A stretch of DNA of 40,000 nucleotides from Amycolatopsis orientalis DSM 40040 = KCTC 9412 (GCF_000478275.1 NZ_ASJB01000062.1:56344-96343), one strand, 5' to 3'. Counted from the stretch's first letter, positions 8,217-17,145 are shown. The notes: generated by a model not told the origin, from the sequence alone. Translations and numbers: made by a program.

Positions 8217-8403
8217 ATCGCGAACCGCGTCCCGATCGCCGCGCCGACCAGCGGATTCGGCCGGGCGACGCGGCTGTCAAACGCTGTCAACCTGCGCTTT
8301 TGACGTCAGACGTTCCGTACAGGCGGTTCCGGACGCCCCCTCGGCCGGGCCAGTGTCGACCACGAGCTGTTCACCGGGAGCAGCACCGAGAGAAGGAGCA
8401 GTC

Positions 8404-9225
8404 ATGCGCAAGGTGGCAACCGCCGCGATGTTCACCGCTCTGTCCGGAGCCGCGCTCATGGGGGCGACGGCGGGACAGCCCGCGGTGGCCGCGCCGTCGG
8501 TCAACATGGAGGCCGTGGTCAAGGCCGCCATGTGGGATCCGTACAAGGCCGACCAGTCGATCACGCCGGGTTCCGGTCCGAGCGTCAAGGTGGTCGAGGA
8601 AGCGCTGGCGGCGAAGAACCTGCTCGACAAGAAGCAGGTCGACGGTCACTTCGGCACTTCGACGGTGACCGCGTACAAGAAGTACCAGAAGTCACTGGGA
8701 CACAGCGGCCTGGCCGCGAGCGGTCTGCCCGGCAAGGGTTCGCTGACCGAACTGGGCAAGGGCCGCTACACCGTGTCGGCGCCGATCGGCGTCGGTGCGA
8801 AGACCAGCCTGGACGGCAAGACGGTGAACAAGCGCACCGCCGACATGATCGCGGCCGCGGAGAAGAAGGCCGGGGTCAAGTTCACCGTCACCCAGGGTTC
8901 GTACAACGCCGGCGGCGTCGGAGCCTCGGGTGGCACGCACGACGGCGGCGGTGCGGTCGACATCTCGGTGAGCAACCTGTCCGACAAGACCGCGGCGGTG
9001 AAGGCGCTGCGTGAGGTCGGGTTCGCGGCTTGGCACCGGACCCCGAGCCAGGGGAACTGGGCGGAGCACATCCACGGTATCGCGATCAGCGACACCGACA
9101 TGTCGCCGCAGGCGCAGGCGCAGGCCGGTGACTACTTCGAGGGGCGCAACGGCCTGGCGAACCACGCCAAGGACGACGGTCCTCAGGTGAAGAAGGTGAC
9201 CTGGGAGGAGTTCAAGCGCGGATGA
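8404..9225 (+). CDS. secreted zinc peptidase, M15/LAS family, with N-terminal peptidoglycan-binding-like domain
   Basis: GAAGGAG RBS at 8392-8398 and ATG at 8404. Signal peptide MRKVATAAMFTALSGAALMGATAGQPAVAA. PG-binding-like segment VKVVEEALAAKNLL...DGHFGTSTVTAYKKYQ. HxxGxAxD motif (THDGGGAVD) and EHIH. Confidence 0.8.
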   Translation: MRKVATAAMFTALSGAALMGATAGQPAVAAPSVNMEAVVKAAMWDPYKADQSITPGSGPSVKVVEEALAAKNLLDKKQVDGHFGTSTVTAYKKYQKSLGHSGLAASGLPGKGSLTELGKGRYTVSAPIGVGAKTSLDGKTVNKRTADMIAAAEKKAGVKFTVTQGSYNAGGVGASGGTHDGGGAVDISVSNLSDKTAAVKALREVGFAAWHRTPSQGNWAEHIHGIAISDTDMSPQAQAQAGDYFEGRNGLANHAKDDGPQVKKVTWEEFKRG

Positions 9226-9242
9226 CCGCGGTGACCCGGGCG

Positions 9243-9268
9243 GGGCGGGCGGCTTCGGCCGTCCGCCC
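9243..9268. terminator. GC-rich stem-loop with TTCG tetraloop between convergent genes
   Basis: GGGCGGGCGGC-TTCG-GCCGTCCGCCC, 11 bp including one G:T. No T-tract, as is usual in actinomycetes. Confidence 0.5.
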
Positions 9269-9292
9269 GCTCGCGCCGGGTGATCGCGAGCC

Positions 9293-9550
9293 TCAGCGCT
9301 CTCGACGCCGTTGTGGTGCTCCTCGCCGGCGGGTGCGAACCACGCCGATCCACAACAGCACCGACACCAGCGCGCTGGGCACCACGATCAGATAGACGGG
9401 CCACGCGCGGAATCCCGACACCCACAGCATCGTCGCCAGGCCGAGGGTGATGAACGTCCACGCCATCGCGAGGGTGTTGCCCCGTTGCCTCCAGCGGACG
9501 ATGACGCCCCGCATCCCCGCTGCTCTTCTCACACCGCTCGGCTGGTCCAC
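9293..9550 (-). CDS. small hypothetical membrane protein (two predicted TM helices)
   Basis: ORF only. Hydrophobic segments WTFITLGLATMLWVSGF and VYLIVVPSALVSVLLWIGVV. No recognisable family. The start may be the internal ATG (MRGVIV...). Confidence 0.4.
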   Translation of the reverse strand: MDQPSGVRRAAGMRGVIVRWRQRGNTLAMAWTFITLGLATMLWVSGFRAWPVYLIVVPSALVSVLLWIGVVRTRRRGAPQRRRER

Positions 9551-9592
9551 GTCGCCTGGGTACCCGTTCTTCGCCTGGTCAACCCAAGAAAA

Positions 9593-10210
9593 TCAGCCGC
9601 GGAGGTAGCCGGTGATCATCGCGACGAGTTCGTTCTCCAGCCGGGTCGTGTCGATGGAGGCGGGCGCGGCGATGAGCTGATGCACGGTCAGCTCCACGGT
9701 CGACGCCACGAGCCGGGCCGCGGTGTCCTTGTCCTCGACGTGGACCTCGGGGTGAGCGTGGAGCAGATCGCGCAGATCGGCGATCATCTCCCATTCCAGC
9801 CTGGTGACCCGCGCCAGTACCTCGCCGGAGCGGGGTGCCTGCTCGATCATGATCCGCAGCAGCTGCGGATCGTCGAGGTGGTTGTCGATCACCACGCGCA
9901 CGAACTCCCGGACGATGGTCTCCAGCGATTCCGGCGATTCCTTGTAGCGGCGGAGGGTCGCGGTGGCCCGGTCGCCGTCGAGATGGCGGGTCAGCAGCTC
10001 GGCCAGGATCGCGTCCTTGTTCGGGTAGTACTGGTACAGCGAGCCGATCGAGATCCGCGCCCGTTCGGCGATGCGGTTCGTGGTCCCCGCGGCGTACCCG
10101 TACTCGGCGAAAATGTGAGCAGCGGCGGTGAGGATGCGCTGCCGGGTCAGCTCGGCCCGGACCTGACGCGGTCGTTTACGTGGCTGAAGCCGTCGTTGCT
10201 CCGACGTCAT
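9593..10210 (-). CDS. TetR/AcrR family transcriptional regulator
   Basis: N-terminal HTH RQRILTAAAHIFAEYGYAAGTTNRIAERARISIGSLYQYYPNKDAIL. Divergent from the PPOX-type gene. Confidence 0.9.
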   Translation of the reverse strand: MTSEQRRLQPRKRPRQVRAELTRQRILTAAAHIFAEYGYAAGTTNRIAERARISIGSLYQYYPNKDAILAELLTRHLDGDRATATLRRYKESPESLETIVREFVRVVIDNHLDDPQLLRIMIEQAPRSGEVLARVTRLEWEMIADLRDLLHAHPEVHVEDKDTAARLVASTVELTVHQLIAAPASIDTTRLENELVAMITGYLRG

Positions 10211-10277
10211 GACACCCCCTGCGAAGCGGCCCGAAAGCGAGTAGCCAGCGGACTGAACAATTGCTCATAATTATGGC

Positions 10278-10919
10278 ATGACCAGCAGTTATCTCGTCCG
10301 TGACCGGCGTCCGCGCCGCCTCTCCTTCGACGAGGTGCGTGCCCGGCTCGGCGAGCCCGAGGCCATGATCAAGGCCAAGGTCCACGACCGCCTCGACCGG
10401 CACAGCCACCGCTTCATCGCCCATTCCCCGTTCCTGGTGACGGCCACGGCGGACGCGACCGGCCTGCCCGACTGCTCACCGCGCGGCGACTACCCGGGCT
10501 TCGCCAAGGTGCTCGACGAACGCACGCTCGCGATCCCGGACCGGCCGGGCAACAAACTCGCCGACACCTTCCGCAACCTGGCCGAGAACGACGGGATCGG
10601 GCTGATGTTCGTGGTCCCCGGCGTGCGGGAAGTGTTGCGGGTCAACGGCCGCGCGTATCCGACCGACGAACCGGACGTGCTCGCCAGGATGCGGACCGAG
10701 GGCAAGGACGCGGAACTCGCGATCATCGTTGACGTGGCGGAGGTCTTCTTCCACTGTGGACGCGCGCTGATCCGGTCCCGGCTCTGGGATCCCGCGAGTC
10801 AGGCGCTGGCGGAGGAGTTGCCCTCCGTCGGCGAGATCGCCACCGACCAGATGGGGCTCGACGTCGAGCCGTCGGTGCTGGAGGCCATGCTCGAAGCCGG
10901 CTACCGGCAGTTGTACTGA
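10278..10919 (+). CDS. pyridoxamine 5'-phosphate oxidase-like FMN-binding flavoprotein (MSMEG_1061-type)
   Basis: Family-typical segments HSPFLVTATADATGLPDCSPRGD, LAIPDRPGNKLADTFRNL and GIGLMFVVPGVREVLRVNGRA. Confidence 0.8.
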   Translation: MTSSYLVRDRRPRRLSFDEVRARLGEPEAMIKAKVHDRLDRHSHRFIAHSPFLVTATADATGLPDCSPRGDYPGFAKVLDERTLAIPDRPGNKLADTFRNLAENDGIGLMFVVPGVREVLRVNGRAYPTDEPDVLARMRTEGKDAELAIIVDVAEVFFHCGRALIRSRLWDPASQALAEELPSVGEIATDQMGLDVEPSVLEAMLEAGYRQLY

Positions 10920-10929
10920 GGGGAACCCG

Positions 10930-11841
10930 ATGATGCAGCGAACGATTCTCGACCACGTGGAGCCGGTCGCCGAGGGCGCCGTCTCGCTCGTCCTGCGTGG
11001 TGCCGAAGGCCCGCTGGCCCCCTGGGAGCCGGGAGCGCACGTCGACCTGGCGCTGCCGAACTGGCTGACGCGGCAGTATTCGCTGTGCGGTGACCCGGCC
11101 GATCGTGAGAGCTATCGGGTCGCCGTCCGGTACGACCCGCTCAGCCGGGGCGGCTCGGATTACGTCCACCTCTTCCTGCGCACGGGCCGCACCCTCGAAG
11201 TCTCCTTGCCGCGCAACAACTTCCCCTTGCTGCCCGCGCCGGAGTACCTGTTCCTCGCCGGCGGGATCGGCATCACGCCTCTCGTGCCGATGCTGGCGGA
11301 GGCCGTCGGGGCGGGAGCGTCGGCGAGGCTGGTGTACGTGGGCAGGTCGGCGGCCACCATGCCGTTCGCCGCCCACCTGGAGGCCGCCTACGGCGACCGG
11401 CTGCGTGTCTACGCCACCGACGACGACGGCAGGCCCGATTTCGCCGCGTTGGCGGCCGGACTCGGCCCGGGGGCGCTCGTGTACTGCTGTGGCCCCACCT
11501 CGATGCTCGACGCGGCCGAGGCGGCGTTCCCCGCGTCGCGGCTGCACGTCGAGCGGTTCCGCCCCGTCGCCAAGGAGTTCGGTCCCGGCGAACCGTTCGA
11601 CGTACGGTGTGTCCGATCAGGACGGACGGTGCAGGTCGCCGCGGAAGAGTCCATGTTGGACGCGTTGAACCACGCGGGGTTTCCGATTCCGTCCGGTTGC
11701 CGCGAAGGGGTGTGCGGCAGCTGCGAGATCGCGGTCGTCGGCGGTGAGCCCGAGCACCGCGACGACATCGGCGCACCACCAGGACGCATGTACTGCTGCG
11801 TTTCGCGTGCGTCGTCGTCCACTCTCGAGGTTGACCTCTGA
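10930..11841 (+). CDS. PDR/VanB-family oxidoreductase (FNR-like flavin/NAD domains + C-terminal 2Fe-2S ferredoxin)
   Basis: RQYSLCG flavin-binding motif, FLAGGIGITP NAD-binding motif and C-terminal CREGVCGSCE cluster motif. GAGGGGA RBS. Confidence 0.85.
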   Translation: MMQRTILDHVEPVAEGAVSLVLRGAEGPLAPWEPGAHVDLALPNWLTRQYSLCGDPADRESYRVAVRYDPLSRGGSDYVHLFLRTGRTLEVSLPRNNFPLLPAPEYLFLAGGIGITPLVPMLAEAVGAGASARLVYVGRSAATMPFAAHLEAAYGDRLRVYATDDDGRPDFAALAAGLGPGALVYCCGPTSMLDAAEAAFPASRLHVERFRPVAKEFGPGEPFDVRCVRSGRTVQVAAEESMLDALNHAGFPIPSGCREGVCGSCEIAVVGGEPEHRDDIGAPPGRMYCCVSRASSSTLEVDL

Positions 11842-11938
11842 CCGGGCGGAGATCGACGTTTCGAATTGCCGGGGGCAGGCGGCGGTGTAACCCTGGAGGT
11901 ACCGAACGACACCACCACCACGAAGTACAGGAGTCGTT

Positions 11939-12235
11939 ATGACCACCACCGAAATGCCCGCTGTCCACGAATGCACCGTCAGTGGCTGTTCCTACAACCA
12001 CGACGGGTGTCACGCTTTCGCCATCACGGTCGGCGGGGGCAACGGATCGGCCGATTGCGGCACCTTCGTCCCGCTCAACACCAAGGGCGGTCTCGATCGG
12101 GTGACCGCGCAGGTGGGCGCCTGTTCCCGTACCGACTGCCGCCACAATTCGGCGCTGGAGTGCACCGCGTCGAGTGTGCGGGTGGGCCCCGGCGAAGGTG
12201 ACCACGCTGCCAACTGTCTGACTTACGCTCCGTAA
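11939..12235 (+). CDS. DUF1540 domain protein (Cys-rich small protein)
   Basis: Two repeats of the pattern C-x-V-x-x-C-x-(Y/H)-N...C-x-A (ECTVSGCSYNHDGCHA and ACSRTDCRHNSALECTA). CAGGAG RBS. Confidence 0.75.
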   Translation: MTTTEMPAVHECTVSGCSYNHDGCHAFAITVGGGNGSADCGTFVPLNTKGGLDRVTAQVGACSRTDCRHNSALECTASSVRVGPGEGDHAANCLTYAP

Positions 12236-12248
12236 CGTGTCGACGGAG

Positions 12249-12325
12249 CTGAAGGACGCTTTCCCCGCATAAGATGCGAGGAAAGCGTCCTTCACCGCGT
12301 GAGATGCGGGGAAAGGGCCCTTCAG
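12249..12325. repeat. 77-bp structured repeat (one left arm, two alternative right arms), copy 1
   Basis: L CTGAAGGACGCTTTCCCCGCAT (12249-12270), AAG, R1 ATGCGAGGAAAGCGTCCTTC (12274-12293), linker ACCGCGTGAG, R2 ATGCGGGGAAAGGGCCCTTCAG (12304-12325). Second copy at 21477-21553. It lies between convergent genes and overlaps the stop codon 12322-12324 of the minus-strand gene. Confidence 0.9.
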
Positions 12326-14505
12326 CTCCCGATCGCCCACGTCTGGAGTGCGGAACCGGTATCGGCCCGTTGCGTCACGGCCGCTCCGTCCGAAGTGGAC
12401 GCCGTGGTCAACAGCAGGCCGGAGCGCACGCTCGTGAGCTTGTACAGTCCGGTGGACTGCTTCGCCGCGGTCCACCGCTGGTTGGCGCCACCGGTGCACG
12501 TCCACTGGATGACGCGCGCACCCGCGGCGGTGGACCCGCCCTCGACGTCGGCGCACAGCTTCGAATGCACGTTCGTCAGGGTGTAGGAACCGTCGGACTG
12601 CCTGGCGAACAGCCACTTCTGGTTGTCGCCCGCGTTCGGCGCCCAGGTGATCAAGGGTGTGCCCGCCGAGGTGGACGAGTCCGGGTCGTCGAGGTTCTTG
12701 CCGGACGCGGCCAGGGTGTGGATCCCGTCGAGGGTGCCCGCGCCGAGGTCGGTGAACTTCAGCGTCTGCTCGGCCGCGGTCCGGCCGCCGCCGACGGCGT
12801 TTCCGGTGGTGTCGGTCCATGACCGCAGCGGGGTGGTCTCCGCCAGTCGCGACGTCTTGCCGGAGAGGCCGAGCACGAGCCCGCTGTAGCGGTTCACCAG
12901 CCGGAAGGTCCCGGCGTCCACAGTGGACGGGATGACGAACCACTGCTGGCCCACGGTCGACGACGAGGTCACGGTGGGTTTCGCACCCCATGCCCGGCCC
13001 GCCTGCACGGCGTCGACGCCGAGGAACTGGCCCGTCGCGGCGTTGGTGACGCGGTACGAGCCGTCGCCGTTCGCGGAGAACTGCCACGCCTCGCGGCCGG
13101 AGCCGGTCGCCGCCGCGACGGACGTCGCCTCGGTTCCGGTTCCCTGCGCGAGAACCCGGCCGTCGCCGAGACCGATGCGGTACTTGCGGGAAGTGTCCAC
13201 AGGGGACGGTGCCGGTGCGGACGACGTGATGGTCTGCGTGGTGTACTCGCCGCCCGCGCCGCCGGAGCACGCCACCGCGCAGTACGACCGGAACTGCTTG
13301 CCGATGATGGTGGAGTTCGTCTTGTTCGCGGCGTCGACGAACCAGCGGTACCAGGACTGGTTGGTGTAGCCGCCGGTGTCGCCGATCAGCCGCCATTTCT
13401 GGGTCGACAGGTCATCGGTCGCGTAATAGCGCTGCGGGACGACGCTGTCGACGGCCTCCGGTGCCCCGATGTAGAGGCCCAGATGCGCGTTGTAGGCGAT
13501 GTTCATGATGAACAGATCGGATTTCCGCGGCAGCTGGCCCGCTTCGATCTGCTGGGTGACGTTGCCGGTGTTGGCGGGGTCGTAGTCGTCCGCGACAGGG
13601 GTGTAGCCGGTGTCGCCCGCCGAAACCACGGGCACCATGTTGCTCTCGCGGCCGCCGACGCCGGGCTGGCTCCAGCCGCCGTCGAACCACTTCTGCCACG
13701 AGCCGGTCGCCATCTTGCCCGAGATCGGCGCGCGGGCGACGTGGGCCAGCCCGGTCATCGGGCCGCCCGCGCCCGCCTTCGGCACGATGCGCGAGCCGTA
13801 GTAGACGTAGAAGTAGCCGGAAGCGGTGTCGACGAACAGGCGCGGGTCGCCGTCGCCATAGTCGAACGTCTGGTGCGGGAAGGCCGAGGTGTCCCCGCGT
13901 TTCGTGCTGTAGTGCGAGGTGATCGCGTGGTCCTTGACGGCCCAGGTCCGGCCCTGGTCCTTCGACACCGCCCAGTCGATCGCGTCGTAGTGGGAGAACG
14001 AATACGCGCCGAACGGCTCGGGGGTGAACTCGTTGTGGATCAGGCCGTACCAGTCGCCGGTGTCGGGATCCACCCAGACGCCGACGAGGTCGCAGAAATT
14101 GCGCTGCGAGTAGCCGGATCCGGCGGGCGGATAGGTGGATTCCTTGCCGGTGGGGCTGTTGTTGCACCGCCAGGTCGTGTCGTCGTTGCGGTCGGCGGGG
14201 TTGGCCGGGTTCACCGCGTCGCTGATCGCGTTCTTGGTGAAACCATCGAAATCGCGGCCGCTGTAGAAGTCCCATTCGCGCGGCTGGTCGGCGCCGTAGA
14301 GGGCGGCCGCCTGCTGGAAGTAGAAGGTGCCGTCCTTGTCGATGTAGGAACTGGCAGGCGTGTCGGTGGTCGGGCTGAACGACTTCTTGGCGTCGACAGT
14401 GACGGTGTACGTCGCGTCCGGCGGCGCGGCGTCGGACGACGCCGGTGCCACCATGGTCGCCGCCACGGCCAACGCCGCGGCGCCGAGAAGAGGCAGGGTC
14501 CGCAT
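12322..14505 (-). CDS. secreted protein with C-terminal tandem ricin-type beta-trefoil lectin domains; N-terminal (possibly glycoside-hydrolase-like) domain unassigned
   Basis: Signal peptide MRTLPLLGAAALAVAATMVAPASS. Repeated QxW lectin motifs (EAWQF, QQWFV, QKWLF, NQRWT, LQTWA). Confidence 0.8.
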   Translation of the reverse strand: MRTLPLLGAAALAVAATMVAPASSDAAPPDATYTVTVDAKKSFSPTTDTPASSYIDKDGTFYFQQAAALYGADQPREWDFYSGRDFDGFTKNAISDAVNPANPADRNDDTTWRCNNSPTGKESTYPPAGSGYSQRNFCDLVGVWVDPDTGDWYGLIHNEFTPEPFGAYSFSHYDAIDWAVSKDQGRTWAVKDHAITSHYSTKRGDTSAFPHQTFDYGDGDPRLFVDTASGYFYVYYGSRIVPKAGAGGPMTGLAHVARAPISGKMATGSWQKWFDGGWSQPGVGGRESNMVPVVSAGDTGYTPVADDYDPANTGNVTQQIEAGQLPRKSDLFIMNIAYNAHLGLYIGAPEAVDSVVPQRYYATDDLSTQKWRLIGDTGGYTNQSWYRWFVDAANKTNSTIIGKQFRSYCAVACSGGAGGEYTTQTITSSAPAPSPVDTSRKYRIGLGDGRVLAQGTGTEATSVAAATGSGREAWQFSANGDGSYRVTNAATGQFLGVDAVQAGRAWGAKPTVTSSSTVGQQWFVIPSTVDAGTFRLVNRYSGLVLGLSGKTSRLAETTPLRSWTDTTGNAVGGGRTAAEQTLKFTDLGAGTLDGIHTLAASGKNLDDPDSSTSAGTPLITWAPNAGDNQKWLFARQSDGSYTLTNVHSKLCADVEGGSTAAGARVIQWTCTGGANQRWTAAKQSTGLYKLTSVRSGLLLTTASTSDGAAVTQRADTGSALQTWAIGS

Positions 14506-14661
14506 GACTCTCTCCCAAGGGTGACCCGCACCACAGTTGGCGGGGCGGTCGCCGATGTTATGAACGTTACTGCACGTAAGTCAACGCGTTCGCTCAACTT
14601 CGCGCGTTGTTCATGCACTTAATGCGCGGAAAGTCCAAGTGGTGCCGTGCGAAGTCCAAGC

Positions 14662-15555
14662 TCAGCCGGACTCGTCCGTCGGCACCAGCGGCGGGTCGTC
14701 GGGGGAGGGGATCCGCGAACTCCAGCCACCGGGGACGGCCTGGGCACGTGAGTCGCGAAAACGGCCGGGGGAGACGCCGACCCGGCGGGTGAAAAGCCTG
14801 CTGAAGTAGGCGGCGTCCTCGTAACCGATCGCCTGGGCCACCTCCTGCACCGGCATCCGCGTGGTGGCCAGCAGCTCCTTCGCGCGATTCAGGCGAAGTG
14901 TCAGGAGGTGATCCTTCAGCCCCGATTCGGTACTCCGGCGCACCGCCGCGCGCAGTTCGGGCAGGGTCATCCCGCGGCGGGCCGCGATCTCCGCGACGCT
15001 GATCGGCAGCAGCGCGTCCCGCGCCAGTGCCTCCAGCAGGGAACCGCCGCTGGGCGTGCTGTCGGCGCGGGCCCGCCGCAGCGCCACCAGCAGGTGGTGC
15101 ACGGCCGCCGAGGCGTCGACCTGGGCCAGCGGGCTGCCGCCCCGCGCGCAGCGCACGATCCGGTTCACGATGTCACGGACCGGCACGACGTCGCTCAGCG
15201 CCACCACCGGCGCGCCGGGCGTGACATAGCCGAGCTCCACATAGGACTCGACGGCACTGCCGTCGAAATCGACGAAGCATTCTTCCCAGCCCTGCACGGG
15301 ATCGGGCGCGTAATGGTGCGCGACGCCGGGGACGAGCCACAGCAGTGCGGGCGCGACGACCTCCTGCCGTTCCCCGCCTGCCACCGCGAACCAGCCGCGG
15401 CCCTTGGTCACCACGACGGCCACGTAGTGGTCGAGCACGCGTGGTCCCACGGCGGGAAGGACGCCGTGCTGGAGTCCGACCCCCAGGCACACCAGGCCCA
15501 GCCGTCGGTGCACGGCGGACGGTGTGAAGTACCGCATCCAGGTCCGGTAACCCAT
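14662..15555 (-). CDS. AraC-family transcriptional regulator (cupin-like N-domain + C-terminal HTH)
   Basis: C-terminal SVAEIAARRGMTLPELRAAVRR...AKELLATTRMPVQEVAQAIGYEDAAYFSRLFTRRVGVSPGRFR. Confidence 0.9.
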   Translation of the reverse strand: MGYRTWMRYFTPSAVHRRLGLVCLGVGLQHGVLPAVGPRVLDHYVAVVVTKGRGWFAVAGGERQEVVAPALLWLVPGVAHHYAPDPVQGWEECFVDFDGSAVESYVELGYVTPGAPVVALSDVVPVRDIVNRIVRCARGGSPLAQVDASAAVHHLLVALRRARADSTPSGGSLLEALARDALLPISVAEIAARRGMTLPELRAAVRRSTESGLKDHLLTLRLNRAKELLATTRMPVQEVAQAIGYEDAAYFSRLFTRRVGVSPGRFRDSRAQAVPGGWSSRIPSPDDPPLVPTDESG

Positions 15556-15743
15556 GTCCGCATCTTCGCGCAGGGATCCGCCCGCGGCCCGCCGGGCCGC
15601 CGGAAACTCCCTTTGGATCTTGTTTCACGGCGAAATCCTCAGCCGTGCTCCGCCTTCCGGGTCGCCGATGGAAATTCAGGTATATGTGGAAGGGACGGCG
15701 TTGCCGGGGAGGACGGCACGCTGATTCCGCAAGGGGGAAATCG

Positions 15744-17096
15744 ATGTACGACACACGTATCGCCATTGATCGACTCAGTCCGGCCGCCAAGCCGAAGATC
15801 AGAATCCTGTTCTACACGGATTTCGTCGGTTTCACCGGGAACAATGGCTTCGCACTGGGCATTCTCCGTGATCTGATCTTGGGGAACCAGCCGTTCTTCG
15901 CGGAGTTCGAAGTCGATTTGATCAACCGGCACGACGGAGACCAGGCCGCCAACAAGCTCACCGCCGACCTGCTCGGCCGGTACCAGCAGGTGTGGTTCTT
16001 CGGGGTGCGGCTGTGCGATCTGCCGAATGAGCCGGAGAACGAACTCGTGGACGCCGAGGTCGCGGCATTGCGGTCCTGGATGGACGCCGGCGGCGGTGTC
16101 CTCGTCTGCGGCGACCATTCCAATCCGCGTCCGGTGGAGGCGGACCCGTCGTTGCCCGATTACCTGAATCTGGGGCGCGCGCTGGGTCATCGCATTCCGC
16201 GCGCGGGTGAATTGCGGGAATGGAACGACCGCCCGGATTCGAGTATCGAATTCAGCCACAACACCCATCAGCCCGACCCGTGGGGCAGCGACGTCAACAT
16301 GCCCATCCCGAACGATCTCGACCCTTATCCGCAGGAACTGATCCTGCGCAGATGGGGCGGCAGGCCGCACGCGTTGTTCCAGGGCAGACGCGGTCCGATC
16401 ACCGTCTTCCCGGACCACATGCACGAAGGCCAGCTGCTCATTCCCGAGCGGTATCCGGCGGAGGTGTGGCCGTCGGGCCGCGCAGGGCAGCCGAAACCCG
16501 AGATCGTCGCGCGCGGCACCGACAAGCGCGACGGCCAGGTCTACGGCGTGACCAGCGCGTACGACGGGGCGGCGGCCGGGGTCGGGCGGATCGTCGCGGA
16601 TGCCACCTGGCACCACTACTTCGACCTCAACCTGTGGGGTTTCCAGAAGGGTGGCGAGGTGCTCGGCAGGCTCACCGAGTACTACGTGAACCTCACGCTG
16701 TGGCTGACGCCGAAGCCGGTCAAGCAGGAGGTCAACGCGCAGTTGCTGTACTGGCTGTCGCACAGCATGAGCGTCCGCGCGGTGCTGCCGGAGGGCTTCC
16801 GGGTACCGGGGATCACCGCGGCGGGCCTGGTCCGCGAGGTCGGCGGGCAGGGTGTGCTCGACGATCTCGTCTGGCCGCTGGAAGGGACACCGGCGGTGCC
16901 CGAGGAACTGCTGCTCGGCGCTGTCGTCAAGGAGTCCGTCGCCGCGCTGGACGGTGGGGACGCCGAGTCGTTCGACAGCGTCGGCGTCGTCGAGCGGGGC
17001 CTGCGCGCCGGGGCCGGGGAGTACGCCGCCGAACTGCGGGCGGCGCTCGGCGAGCTGGACGGCCTGGACGAGTTCATCTCGCAGGGCCTCCGCTGA
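15744..17096 (+). CDS. hypothetical protein (450 aa); N-terminal part possibly a class-I glutamine-amidotransferase-like (ThuA/DUF4159-like) fold
   Basis: AAGGGGGA RBS at 15731-15738 and ATG at 15744. Strong GC3 coding bias. The pattern KIRILFYTD...VWFFG...EVAALRSWMDAGGGVLVCGDH resembles GATase1-like sheets. No catalytic assignment is possible by eye. Confidence 0.7.
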   Translation: MYDTRIAIDRLSPAAKPKIRILFYTDFVGFTGNNGFALGILRDLILGNQPFFAEFEVDLINRHDGDQAANKLTADLLGRYQQVWFFGVRLCDLPNEPENELVDAEVAALRSWMDAGGGVLVCGDHSNPRPVEADPSLPDYLNLGRALGHRIPRAGELREWNDRPDSSIEFSHNTHQPDPWGSDVNMPIPNDLDPYPQELILRRWGGRPHALFQGRRGPITVFPDHMHEGQLLIPERYPAEVWPSGRAGQPKPEIVARGTDKRDGQVYGVTSAYDGAAAGVGRIVADATWHHYFDLNLWGFQKGGEVLGRLTEYYVNLTLWLTPKPVKQEVNAQLLYWLSHSMSVRAVLPEGFRVPGITAAGLVREVGGQGVLDDLVWPLEGTPAVPEELLLGAVVKESVAALDGGDAESFDSVGVVERGLRAGAGEYAAELRAALGELDGLDEFISQGLR

Positions 17097-17102
17097 TCGA
17101 TC

Positions 17103-17145
17103 GAACGGCGGCCCTGGCGCATCCGGTGTGTCAGGGCCGCCGTTC
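17103..17145. terminator. 14-bp perfect stem-loop between convergent genes (overlaps the TetR gene 3' end)
   Basis: GAACGGCGGCCCTG (17103-17116), 15-nt loop, CAGGGCCGCCGTTC (17132-17145). Confidence 0.5.

Noticed and set aside
9311-10270. 319-aa + strand ORF opposite the TetR gene and the small membrane ORF.
   Set aside because: It is antisense to a TetR gene with a clear HTH, and its sequence is low-complexity.
10266-10275. Perfect 10-bp palindrome CATAATTATG three nt before the PPOX-type gene ATG. It could be a TetR operator or the -10 of a leaderless transcript.
   Set aside because: It is a single short AT-rich palindrome with no second copy and no supporting -35 or transcript evidence.
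11273-13396. 707-aa minus-strand ORF spanning three real genes and the 12249-12325 repeat. The 13412..14518 and 13483..14622 ORFs are similar.
   Set aside because: It is off-frame or antisense to the PDR oxidoreductase, DUF1540 and lectin genes and crosses intergenic repeats. Its composition is implausible.
14560-14614. Nested inverted repeats (CAACGCG-N14-CGCGTTG, flanked by ATGAACG...GTTCAT) and two AAGTCCAAG repeats upstream of the lectin gene.
   Set aside because: The arms are short (7 bp) with an imperfect outer pair. It is a plausible operator, but not distinguishable from chance by eye.
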